Shown in pieces: positions 18,789 through 26,813 of a stretch of 64,000 nucleotides of DNA (within the stretch, counting starts at the first letter, position 1; each line of letters starts with the position of its first letter). The stretch comes from an uncultured Candidatus Saccharibacteria bacterium (lineage in GTDB: Bacteria > Patescibacteriota > Saccharimonadia > Saccharimonadales > Saccharimonadaceae): NCBI GenBank assembly GCA_964388235.1, contig CAYLXN010000001.1:15655-79654 (forward strand). The letters run 5' to 3'. Position numbers and translations under genes: made by a program. Below the pieces are notes generated by a model that was not told the DNA's origin, did not search any database, and worked only from the letters and a program-made list of their open reading frames with translations.

Positions 18789-18904
18789 TCTACTCCTCCG
18801 CTTTTTTATGCAATTATTTGCATCATTGGTAAATATTCTCGTTTATTATAACGCTAAAAGATGATATAATCAATATAACTAATGGTTAAAATGTAAAAAT
18901 TACA

Positions 18905-19606
18905 ATGTTTGATAAAGCCCTCAGTCTACTAGCCCCTCACCACTGTAAAAGCTGCCAAAAAATAGGCAAAAGTTTATGTGATAGTTGTAAAAATAACATC
19001 AAAGATCAACATCCAGCTAGAATAGAAAAGTGTATTATTTGTCAAAAAACCAGCTCGGCTGGGCTTTGCTGGCATCGAGGGTTTAATTTTAATCAAGTTT
19101 ATTACCTTAATTATCGACAGGGGATTTTAAAGGATCTAATTAATAGTTATAAATTTGATTTACAGCGTGATCTAGCGACACCACTAGCGGAAATTATGGC
19201 GCCGATTCTGCCTGATCAGCAAGGACTTTGTTTGGTACCGATGCCAACGATCAAGACACATCAGCGCCAACGCGGCTTTGATCATATGGAATTATTAGCC
19301 AAGCAAATTGCCAAGCTTAAAAATTACCACTACTGCCCTGTCCTGCGTCGGCAGACTAATCAATCACAACAGGGCTTGTCTCGATCTGAGCGACTACAAA
19401 ACGCTAAAGCGGCTTTTAGTTGTCAGCAAACACTTGACTCAGAGGCGGAATATTTATTACTAGATGATATTTGGACGACGGGTGCTAGTTGTCGCTATGC
19501 GGCCAATGCTTTATTGCAAGCTGGAGCTAAAAAAGTATCAGTGGCAATTTTCTTAAGACAGCCAATGACTAAATCTGGCAAAAAGCCACAAATAATGGTA
19601 GAATAA
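18905..19606 (+). CDS. comFC: ComF-family phosphoribosyltransferase-like protein (ComFC)
   Basis: It has an N-terminal CxxC...CxxC zinc-ribbon-like motif and a C-terminal PRTase signature LLLDDIWTTGAS. Confidence 0.7.
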   Translation: MFDKALSLLAPHHCKSCQKIGKSLCDSCKNNIKDQHPARIEKCIICQKTSSAGLCWHRGFNFNQVYYLNYRQGILKDLINSYKFDLQRDLATPLAEIMAPILPDQQGLCLVPMPTIKTHQRQRGFDHMELLAKQIAKLKNYHYCPVLRRQTNQSQQGLSRSERLQNAKAAFSCQQTLDSEAEYLLLDDIWTTGASCRYAANALLQAGAKKVSVAIFLRQPMTKSGKKPQIMVE

Positions 19607-19633
19607 TTGTCTAGCGAGCTAGTTCGCTATTTT

Positions 19634-19723
19634 GGAGAGATGTCCGAGTGGTTGAAGGAGCTGGTCTTGAAAACCAGTATGCGGGGAACCGTATCGAGGG
19701 TTCGAATCCCTCTCTCTCCGCCA
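19634..19723 (+). tRNA. tRNA-Ser (anticodon UGA), CCA encoded
   Basis: Hand fold: acceptor GGAGAGA/TCTCTCC, anticodon loop CTTGAAA, long variable arm, T-loop GGTTCGAATCC. Confidence 0.85.
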
Positions 19724-19726
19724 TTT

Positions 19727-19802
19727 GGGGTATTAGCTCAGTTGGTAGAGCGCTTCGCTGGCAGCGAAGAGGTCAACGGTTCAAATCCGTTATACTCCAC
19801 CA
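19727..19802 (+). tRNA. tRNA-Ala (anticodon GGC), CCA encoded
   Basis: Hand fold: acceptor GGGGTAT/ATACTCC with the G3:U70 alanine identity pair, anticodon loop CTGGCAG, T-loop GGTTCAAATCC. Confidence 0.85.
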
Positions 19803-19860
19803 TATATTTATCAAAAGTATAGCTTGATTTTTATGGCTGAGACAGCCATAATAAGAAGCA

Positions 19861-20676
19861 ATGAAATTATTCCGCCAACGAAAAACTAAAACTAACTCCC
19901 CTGCTTGTGGGGACTTAATTTGCTTGAAGCATTTAGAGCGCTGGTTTGGCTATGGTGATGCGACGACGCGTGCGGTGCGTGAAGTCGATTTGACGATTCC
20001 GGCTGGTCAATTTGTGATGATTATGGGGCCAAGTGGCTGTGGTAAGACGACCTTGCTAAATATTCTGGGTTTACTTGATCACTCTTCGGGTGGCCAATAT
20101 TTTTTGAATGGCGTTGAGGTAAGTCGGCTTAGTCGTCGATCACGAGCTAGGATTCGCAATCAAAAAATTGGCTTTATTTTTCAGAATTATAATCTAGTAC
20201 CTCGGTTAAACGTAATCGATAATGTTGGCTTGCCGCTGCTATATTCGGGTAAAAGCAAGACTTATCGCTTGGAGCGATCGAGTCAAGTGTTGGCGGATTT
20301 TAATTTACAGAATCGCGAATATTATATGCCGTGGCAGTTGTCTGGTGGTCAGGTTCAAAGAGTGGCGATTGCTCGGGCATTGGTTAATAAACCGGAGCTG
20401 ATTTTGGCCGATGAGCCAACTGGCGCAGTCGATTCACGAGCTAGTCATATTATCATGGAGGAATTATACCGCATCAATCAACAAGGTAATACCATCGTGA
20501 TGGTAACTCACAATCCAGCTTTGACGGCTTACGCTGATCGGATTATTACCATGAGCGATGGCCAAATCGTTTCAGATGTTGACAATAACTCAGGGCAGAA
20601 AAAAGTTTATCCCAAGATCCAATTAGCTAGTAATCGATTGGCGACCAAGTCTTACTTCAGGGAGGTTAAATCATGA
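19861..20676 (+). CDS. ABC transporter ATP-binding protein (MacB/LolD-like)
   Basis: Walker A GPSGCGKTT, signature LSGGQVQR, Walker B LILADEPTGAVD. Confidence 0.85.
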   Translation: MKLFRQRKTKTNSPACGDLICLKHLERWFGYGDATTRAVREVDLTIPAGQFVMIMGPSGCGKTTLLNILGLLDHSSGGQYFLNGVEVSRLSRRSRARIRNQKIGFIFQNYNLVPRLNVIDNVGLPLLYSGKSKTYRLERSSQVLADFNLQNREYYMPWQLSGGQVQRVAIARALVNKPELILADEPTGAVDSRASHIIMEELYRINQQGNTIVMVTHNPALTAYADRIITMSDGQIVSDVDNNSGQKKVYPKIQLASNRLATKSYFREVKS

Positions 20677-21914
20677 TTAAATTTCTAGGCTTTAATCATA
20701 TCGCAACGGCTTTTAGCAGCTTTCGAGCCAATAAATTCCGAACCGCCTTGACTATTGTAGGAATTAGTGTTGGTATTGGTTTGCTGACTTTGATTGTGGC
20801 GTTACAAACGACTTTCACTAAGATGACCGATCGGCAGGTCAATGGTTTTTATCGGGATCGAGTGTTGGTCATTAAGCCCCAACAGGCAAAAACTAAATCA
20901 TTATTTAATCTTAATACTAGTAATAACGAAGGCTTTAAGGTGGTTGATTTTCTAGATGAAACTGACCTGCAGGCAATCAGTAAAGTTCCTGGTGTAAAAA
21001 CAATTGCTCCGCTTTTACATATTGAGACTAATGTTCAGGCTCGGCAAAAAAGTCATCAACATCAGACAATTATTGCTACTACACCTGATTTTCTGAAGAC
21101 AGTTAATCTTAAAATTAACAAGGGCGGCCAATTTCTTGACGATGATATTATCCCGAACGCTGCGGTTATTGGGAAGAGTTTAGCTAATCGATGGTATGAC
21201 GTTGAACAAGTTATCGGCCATACATTTCAAGTCCAAGATTATTCATTTACGATCGTGGGAGTTTTTGACGATCAGCAAACATTAGATGGGCATGGAACTG
21301 ATTTCTCTCAAGTGGCGATTGTTAATTTAGCAGCCGCTAATCAAATTAGCCGTGAATTGGGCTTGTTAAATCAGATCAACGTGGTAATTGACGATCAAAA
21401 AAATGAAGCGCAAATCAAAGCTAAAATTAATCAAGTGCTTGAAAAAAACCATTCAGTCGCTCATAGTTTCGATGTTCTCTCTCCCGCTCAGATCCAACAA
21501 CAACAGACTGATCAAATTAAACCGCTGATCGAAGTAGTTAATACTATGGCGATCATCGCTCTGGTGATCGGTGCGATTGGGGTAATGAATATTATGTTGG
21601 TTAATGTCTCAGAACGCACTCACGAAATCGGTGTACGACGGACGATTGGCGCGACTAGCCTGAATATCGTCAATCAATACTTAATTGAGTCGGTTCTGTT
21701 TTGTCTGGTTGGTGGCGTGATTGGAGTTGGTTTAGCGATTGTGGCTTGGTTCGTCATTCAAACTCAACTTGGTTTTGGCCTAGAGGTGGTATTTGATTGG
21801 ATGGTGATCGTTAAGATGTTAGTTATTGCCAGTTTAATTGGTATGGTGGCTGGTTTAATTCCTAGCCTAAGGGCAGCTAGTAAAGATCCGATTGAGTCAC
21901 TTAGAAAATTCTAA
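20673..21914 (+). CDS. ABC transporter permease (FtsX/MacB-type)
   Basis: It has an N-terminal TM helix, a large periplasmic-type domain and a C-terminal FtsX-like 3-TM bundle (ERTHEIGVRRTIGAT). It overlaps the ATPase gene with an ATGA overlap. Confidence 0.75.
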   Translation: MIKFLGFNHIATAFSSFRANKFRTALTIVGISVGIGLLTLIVALQTTFTKMTDRQVNGFYRDRVLVIKPQQAKTKSLFNLNTSNNEGFKVVDFLDETDLQAISKVPGVKTIAPLLHIETNVQARQKSHQHQTIIATTPDFLKTVNLKINKGGQFLDDDIIPNAAVIGKSLANRWYDVEQVIGHTFQVQDYSFTIVGVFDDQQTLDGHGTDFSQVAIVNLAAANQISRELGLLNQINVVIDDQKNEAQIKAKINQVLEKNHSVAHSFDVLSPAQIQQQQTDQIKPLIEVVNTMAIIALVIGAIGVMNIMLVNVSERTHEIGVRRTIGATSLNIVNQYLIESVLFCLVGGVIGVGLAIVAWFVIQTQLGFGLEVVFDWMVIVKMLVIASLIGMVAGLIPSLRAASKDPIESLRKF

Positions 21915-22857
21915 GCTCGATCTCTGAATTAATTAGCGATTGTTGATTTAAAGCGGCTAGATAAGCGGCGGTTAATTCTGCTAATACCAGTCCTGACCAA
22001 AAACTATCTAGTAGTGATGAATGTGATAATTCAATTAGCCGTGAATGCGGTATTTTACCTGACAAGACTCGGTCTTTAGCAAAAAAGTATTGATTGTCAG
22101 TTTTAGGAGTTCGGTTGGATACTAGGTCGATTACGGCAAAATTTTTCTCAATTGGATGAGACCACCAGCCTTCTTTGCCAAAGTCGGCAAATTGATCAAT
22201 TGATTCGGAGAAACAGAGGTTTTTGGCTCGTTGATTGGTGGTCATTTGCCACCAGTGAGCGACTAGCGATAATTCATTAGCGTAAATTAAGTAGCCGCTC
22301 TTGCCAACTATGAAATTAGCTAATTGTTTAGCTTGATTGGTCGAGGTGGGAAAATTAGTTGACCAGTTGTCGATATCTTTTCGAGCTTGCTGAAAACTAT
22401 TATTCAGCTGCTGACAATTTTCAGGATTAAATAAATAATTTCGATCAACAGCTTGCAATCCCCCAGTTAGCAGCTCAAGTTCTTGGTTAGTTGATTGGCA
22501 ATTAATTAACTCTAAATTAGCGCGACTGGTGATCAGTTGTTTAATAATTGGCAACTGATCAGCTTGATGCCAGCGATCATTGGTAATGAATAGAGTGTTG
22601 CTGGTTAGTAAATTATGATAATTATCTAGCTGCTCATAGTTAACAAAATCAGCTGACAAGCCCAAGCGCTTAAGGATTGCTACTAATGTTTCGAGGCCGA
22701 TATTAGATTGAAATTCTGATAAAGCCACAACTCGTTGGAGCCTAGGAGTTTGATTTGTCGCTTGATAATTACCAAAAGTGTAATTAAAAAATGAGCCTAA
22801 TTGTTGTTCGAACATTAAGACTTTGAATTGATCGAGATATTGTAAGTCATCCAACAT
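21901..22857 (-). CDS. Divergent SIS / bifunctional PGI-PMI-like protein (tentative)
   Basis: The C-terminal part (WWQMTTNQRAKNLCF...HSRLIEL...AAYLAALN) resembles the bacterial PGI/PMI C-terminal domain. The N-terminal GMGGS-type motif looks degenerate. This is a weak call. Confidence 0.3.
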   Translation of the reverse strand: MLDDLQYLDQFKVLMFEQQLGSFFNYTFGNYQATNQTPRLQRVVALSEFQSNIGLETLVAILKRLGLSADFVNYEQLDNYHNLLTSNTLFITNDRWHQADQLPIIKQLITSRANLELINCQSTNQELELLTGGLQAVDRNYLFNPENCQQLNNSFQQARKDIDNWSTNFPTSTNQAKQLANFIVGKSGYLIYANELSLVAHWWQMTTNQRAKNLCFSESIDQFADFGKEGWWSHPIEKNFAVIDLVSNRTPKTDNQYFFAKDRVLSGKIPHSRLIELSHSSLLDSFWSGLVLAELTAAYLAALNQQSLINSEIELRIF

Positions 22858-22954
22858 AATTTATGATAAAAAAGCTAGTATTTTTTAAAAGCTTATGCTA
22901 TCATAATACAATAAAAGCATAAATAAATCTATAAATTAGAAATTAAGGGGTGGC

Positions 22955-23425
22955 ATGGACAATAAACAACTACAAGATGAACAAGAATTAGCTAAGGTGT
23001 TAGCTGGAGTTAGTGACCAGATTAATATGGCAACTGCTCCTACTGACAAGAAAAAGAACGATTCGAAAAAACCTGAAGACAAGGATAAAGATAAGGCGGC
23101 TGATGTTACGGTGCCAGATTTTACTGGCCAGTTGGACCAAATTGATCAACCTAAGGCGGCTACCGAAACTAAGCCATTAGCTGAATTGGACGAGTTAAAG
23201 TTAAGTGCAATTAACGATTTGCGACCATTAGTTGACAAACTAAATCTGCCACTTGAGGAAAAGTTTGATACTTACCTGCTGTTGATTCGGTCAACTGACG
23301 ATTCGTCATTGTTGCAGCCAGCTTATGAAGTAGCTCGGCAAATTGAAGACGAAACTAAGCGCGCTGAAGCCTTGCTCAATGTAATTAAAGAAATTGATTA
23401 TTTTAACTCTCGCAATAAAAAATAA
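22955..23425 (+). CDS. Hypothetical acidic/lysine-rich protein
   Basis: 156-aa ORF with an AAGGGGTG SD. No motif recognised. Confidence 0.5.
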   Translation: MDNKQLQDEQELAKVLAGVSDQINMATAPTDKKKNDSKKPEDKDKDKAADVTVPDFTGQLDQIDQPKAATETKPLAELDELKLSAINDLRPLVDKLNLPLEEKFDTYLLLIRSTDDSSLLQPAYEVARQIEDETKRAEALLNVIKEIDYFNSRNKK

Positions 23426-23447
23426 AAACTTTTGAGTTTTAAGTTAA

Positions 23448-23480
23448 AATAACCTTCGATTAGATCGAAGGTTATTTTTG
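23448..23480. terminator. Bidirectional intrinsic terminator between convergent genes
   Basis: Perfect hairpin ATAACCTTCGAT / ATCGAAGGTTAT flanked by an A-run and a T-run. Confidence 0.65.
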
Positions 23481-23498
23481 TTTGGGCTTAGAATTGGC

Positions 23499-25139
23499 TT
23501 ACATCATGCCCATGCCAGACATATCAGGTCCAGCTGGTTGATTTTTTTCAGGTAGATCAACTACCAAAGCGCCCATGGTGATAGCAGTTGCGGCAATCGA
23601 AACCGAGCTTTGAACTGCCTCTTTGGTGACGCGAACTGGGTCAATTACACCGTCTGATTTGAGGTCAACCAGCCCTTTTTCAGGGGTAACAACATTAATA
23701 CCGTAACCAGCCTTGCCGTCCTCGACCTTAGCTAGTAGCGCATCAGCGTTTAAGCCAGCATTTTTGACGATGTGGGTGAAAGGTTGCTTGAGGGCGACTT
23801 TGACAATTTCACGTCCAGCGGCGATTGAGCCACTACCTTTGGATTTGAGTTTGTCCGCCAGATTGACTAGAGTTACTCCCCCACCAGCGACAATACCTTC
23901 GGCTAGAGCTGCTTTGGTGGCAGCCACAGCATCATCCACGCGGTATTTCTTTTCGTCAATTTCAGTTTCGCTAGCGCCGCCAACTTTTATCACGGCTACT
24001 TTACCCTGAAGACTAGCTTGGCGATTCATCATTTGTTCTTTGTCGTATTCGCTAGGAGCGTGTTCCATCCAAGCGTCTAGTTGGTTAATTCGATGCGCTA
24101 CTGCTTCTTTGGCGCCAGCGCCTTCGATGATTGTGCTTTCGTCCTTGCCAACAATCACTTTGCGGGCTGAACCAAGTACCTCCAAACCGACATTATCAAA
24201 AGTCATGCCTTTGTCGGCCGAAACGACGGTTGCACCCGTCAAGACAGCGATGTCTTCGAGGATATCTTTACGGCGGTCACCAAAAGCTGGTGCTTTAATA
24301 GCTACTGAATTAAAGACACCCTTGAGCTTGTTTAAGACTAAGATGCTCAGTACGTCGCCGTCAACCTCGTCAGCAATAATCACCAAATCTTTCATCCCAG
24401 CTTGAGCCATTTTCTCGAGGAAACCAACAAATTCTTGAGCGTTGGACATTTTCTGATCAGTGACTAAAATAGCTGGTTTTTCGTAAACTGCTTCTTGGCG
24501 GTTGGCGTCAGTGACGAAAAATGGACTGACGAAGCCTTTGTCAATTGAAAAGCCTTCGACAACTTCGCTCTCCATGGTCAATCCTTGTCCAGCTTCGACG
24601 GTAACCACACCATCTTTGCCGATCTTTTCGATCACGTTGGCAATTAATTTACCGATTTCGGTTGAACCAGCGCTGATAGTAGCGACTTCGGCGACTCGGT
24701 TGTGGTCGTTTTCGATTGATTCAGCTAACTTTGATAACTCAGCGATGATTTCAGCTCCCGCCTGTTCGATCCCCTGGCGTAATTCTTGCGGATTGTGACC
24801 AGCGGCAATCAAGCGATTAGCTTCGCGCATGATTTCATAGGTTAAAATTGTAACCGTGGTGGTGCCATCGCCAGCGATTTTGTTTAATTTGGTGGCAGCT
24901 TGTTTTATCAGATCCGCCCCAACTTTATAACCAAGGGTTTGCTCGTCGTCCTCTGGTAAATCAACACTTTCAGCTACGGTCACGCCGTCGTGGGTGATAG
25001 TTGGTGCGCCGTAAGATTTGGCGATCATCACGTTGTGGCCTTTGGGGCCAAAAGTTACCTTGACCGCGTCATAGAGCATCTTAGCTCCAGCCATGATTCG
25101 CGATCGCGCTTCATCATCATAATAAACTATTTTTGCCAT
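23499..25139 (-). CDS. groL: Chaperonin GroEL (Cpn60)
   Basis: Full-length match to the GroEL pattern (AGDGTTTVTIL, GGVTLV, C-terminal GMGMM). Confidence 0.97.
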   Translation of the reverse strand: MAKIVYYDDEARSRIMAGAKMLYDAVKVTFGPKGHNVMIAKSYGAPTITHDGVTVAESVDLPEDDEQTLGYKVGADLIKQAATKLNKIAGDGTTTVTILTYEIMREANRLIAAGHNPQELRQGIEQAGAEIIAELSKLAESIENDHNRVAEVATISAGSTEIGKLIANVIEKIGKDGVVTVEAGQGLTMESEVVEGFSIDKGFVSPFFVTDANRQEAVYEKPAILVTDQKMSNAQEFVGFLEKMAQAGMKDLVIIADEVDGDVLSILVLNKLKGVFNSVAIKAPAFGDRRKDILEDIAVLTGATVVSADKGMTFDNVGLEVLGSARKVIVGKDESTIIEGAGAKEAVAHRINQLDAWMEHAPSEYDKEQMMNRQASLQGKVAVIKVGGASETEIDEKKYRVDDAVAATKAALAEGIVAGGGVTLVNLADKLKSKGSGSIAAGREIVKVALKQPFTHIVKNAGLNADALLAKVEDGKAGYGINVVTPEKGLVDLKSDGVIDPVRVTKEAVQSSVSIAATAITMGALVVDLPEKNQPAGPDMSGMGMM

Positions 25140-25420
25140 TATTTATCTCCTTTCGTTTTGACGACTGCCAAAACATCTTCCTCTTTGACGATCAGATAAT
25201 CGGTGTCGTCGATCTTAATTTCAGTTGAAGTGTATTCTTTAAACACGATTGATTGGCCTTTAGTGATGGTTTTGACATCTGGGCCGACAGCCACTACTTC
25301 GGCTGAGTTAGATTTTTCTTGTGAATTAGTTGGTAAATATAAACCACTGGCGGTCTGAGTTTTGGCTTCGGGTTTGACGGCCACAACTCGGTCGGCAAGC
25401 GGTTGGATTGGTATAGTCAT
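25139..25420 (-). CDS. groS: Co-chaperonin GroES (Cpn10)
   Basis: 93 aa (IQPLADRVVV..GLYLP...VKEEDVLAVV). It has an AAGGAGA SD and a 1-nt TAATG overlap with groEL. Confidence 0.95.
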   Translation of the reverse strand: MTIPIQPLADRVVAVKPEAKTQTASGLYLPTNSQEKSNSAEVVAVGPDVKTITKGQSIVFKEYTSTEIKIDDTDYLIVKEEDVLAVVKTKGDK

Positions 25421-25455
25421 TGTAATCTCCTTCCCTTGTTATTGTTACTAGTTTT

Positions 25456-25497
25456 ATTATAGCAATAAAATTAGCACTTGCAAGTGTAGAGTGCTAA
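25456..25497 (-). promoter_or_regulatory. groES promoter overlapping a CIRCE (HrcA operator) inverted repeat
   Basis: CIRCE is TTAGCACTT-N9-GAGTGCTAA at 25471-25497. On the minus strand TTGCAA (25483-25478) is followed by 16 nt and TATAAT (25461-25456). Confidence 0.8.
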
Positions 25498-25529
25498 TTT
25501 ATGGCTTTACTTTAATCTAAAAAAATTGT

Positions 25530-26813
25530 TTAATTTGACTTTAATAGCTTTTCGATTTCTTGGCGGTCATTCCAGGGGATTTTCTGACCATCAACAATTC
25601 GGAATTGCTCATGCCCCATGCCGGTGATTAGAACTGTGTCGCCTGCTTCGGCTTGTTTGAGAGCGGCGGTGATAGCTTCGCGGCGATCAGCGATTTCAGT
25701 CATCTTAGCTTTTGTCTCTGTTCGATTGATACCGTCAATGATCATCTGGCGAATCTGATCAGCGTTTTCGGTGTAGTTTTCTTCATCAGTGACGTAAATC
25801 TGATCGGCTAATTTAGCGGCAATTTCCCCCATAATCGGTCGCTTAGCCTGATCACGGTCGCCGCAAGCGCCAAATACCAGATGGATTTGGCCGTCGGTTG
25901 TTTGTCGAGCATAATTAAGTAGACGCTCAAGTGCGTCAGGAGTATGGGCGTAGTCAACGATAATATCTAGATCGTGTTGATTTTTAACTCGTTCCAGTCG
26001 CCCATCAAGTTGCTTTAAGTTAGCAATTCCCTGCTGAATTTGCTTAGGTTTAATTCCCAGCACAATGGCGGCCAGACTAGCTGCCGCGATATTATAAGCG
26101 TTAAATTCGCCAGCCAAGCTAGTGGTTAATTCTAGAGTCTGATTGCCGTAGGTTAATTCTAAGTCCATCTGGGATTTATCAATCTTCAAGATTTTAATTT
26201 GCAAATCAGCGCCCTTATCTCGTCCGTAAGTCAAACTCTTGTTGGCTGGCAAATGCAAGAAATCTTCAGCGTGCGGATCGTCAAGATTTATCAAGCCAAA
26301 CTTGGGATGCATATCCCAAAGTTTCTGCTTGGCTTCCAGATATTTGGCCATTGTTTTGTGATAATCAAGGTGATCTTGAGTTAAGTTAGTAAAAATCGCC
26401 AATTCCAGATCAAAATCAGGGAACTTGTGCTGATCGAGAGCGTGCGACGTTGCCTCAATCAACACATAATCAACTTGTTTATCTTTAGCTTGTTTGAAAA
26501 ACTTTAGGAGCTGTTCGGTGGTAGGGATGGTAGCGTTGAAAGTATTAACTTGACGCTCGCCGGCCATTTCGATAGTGGCGGTACTGAACATGGCGGTGGT
26601 TAAACCAGCTTGTTTGAGAATTGAATTAAGGTAATTAACAGTGGTAGTTTTGCCGTTTGTGCCAGTGACGGCAATGATTTTTAGTCCAGTTGTTGGATGG
26701 CCATATTTCTGGTCAAGTAGTTTTAGTCGACTGCGGCGATAGATTTCCTCTAGCCAGCGAACCAACCGAGCAGGCATCAAGCGACGAACTAATTTAGTTA
26801 ATTTATTTTTCAT
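25530..26813 (-). CDS. murE: Mur ligase family protein, MurE-like, short N-terminus
   Basis: P-loop VTGTNGKTTT and the MurE-typical DYAHTPDALERLL are present. At 427 aa it is shorter than typical MurE. The DNPR position reads EENY. Confidence 0.65.
   Translation of the reverse strand: MKNKLTKLVRRLMPARLVRWLEEIYRRSRLKLLDQKYGHPTTGLKIIAVTGTNGKTTTVNYLNSILKQAGLTTAMFSTATIEMAGERQVNTFNATIPTTEQLLKFFKQAKDKQVDYVLIEATSHALDQHKFPDFDLELAIFTNLTQDHLDYHKTMAKYLEAKQKLWDMHPKFGLINLDDPHAEDFLHLPANKSLTYGRDKGADLQIKILKIDKSQMDLELTYGNQTLELTTSLAGEFNAYNIAAASLAAIVLGIKPKQIQQGIANLKQLDGRLERVKNQHDLDIIVDYAHTPDALERLLNYARQTTDGQIHLVFGACGDRDQAKRPIMGEIAAKLADQIYVTDEENYTENADQIRQMIIDGINRTETKAKMTEIADRREAITAALKQAEAGDTVLITGMGHEQFRIVDGQKIPWNDRQEIEKLLKSN

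Noticed and set aside
19607-19822. 71-aa plus-strand ORF
   Set aside because: It is entirely occupied by tRNA-Ser(UGA) and tRNA-Ala(GGC), so it is a translation artefact of tRNA genes.
23713-24798. Several 98-121-aa ORFs antisense to groEL
   Set aside because: They are shadow ORFs inside a highly conserved gene with Ala/Ser/Thr-rich nonsense composition. The same applies to antisense ORFs inside the VirB6-like genes, valS, polA, dnaG and the M15 protein (for example 1952-2470 and 11675-12034).
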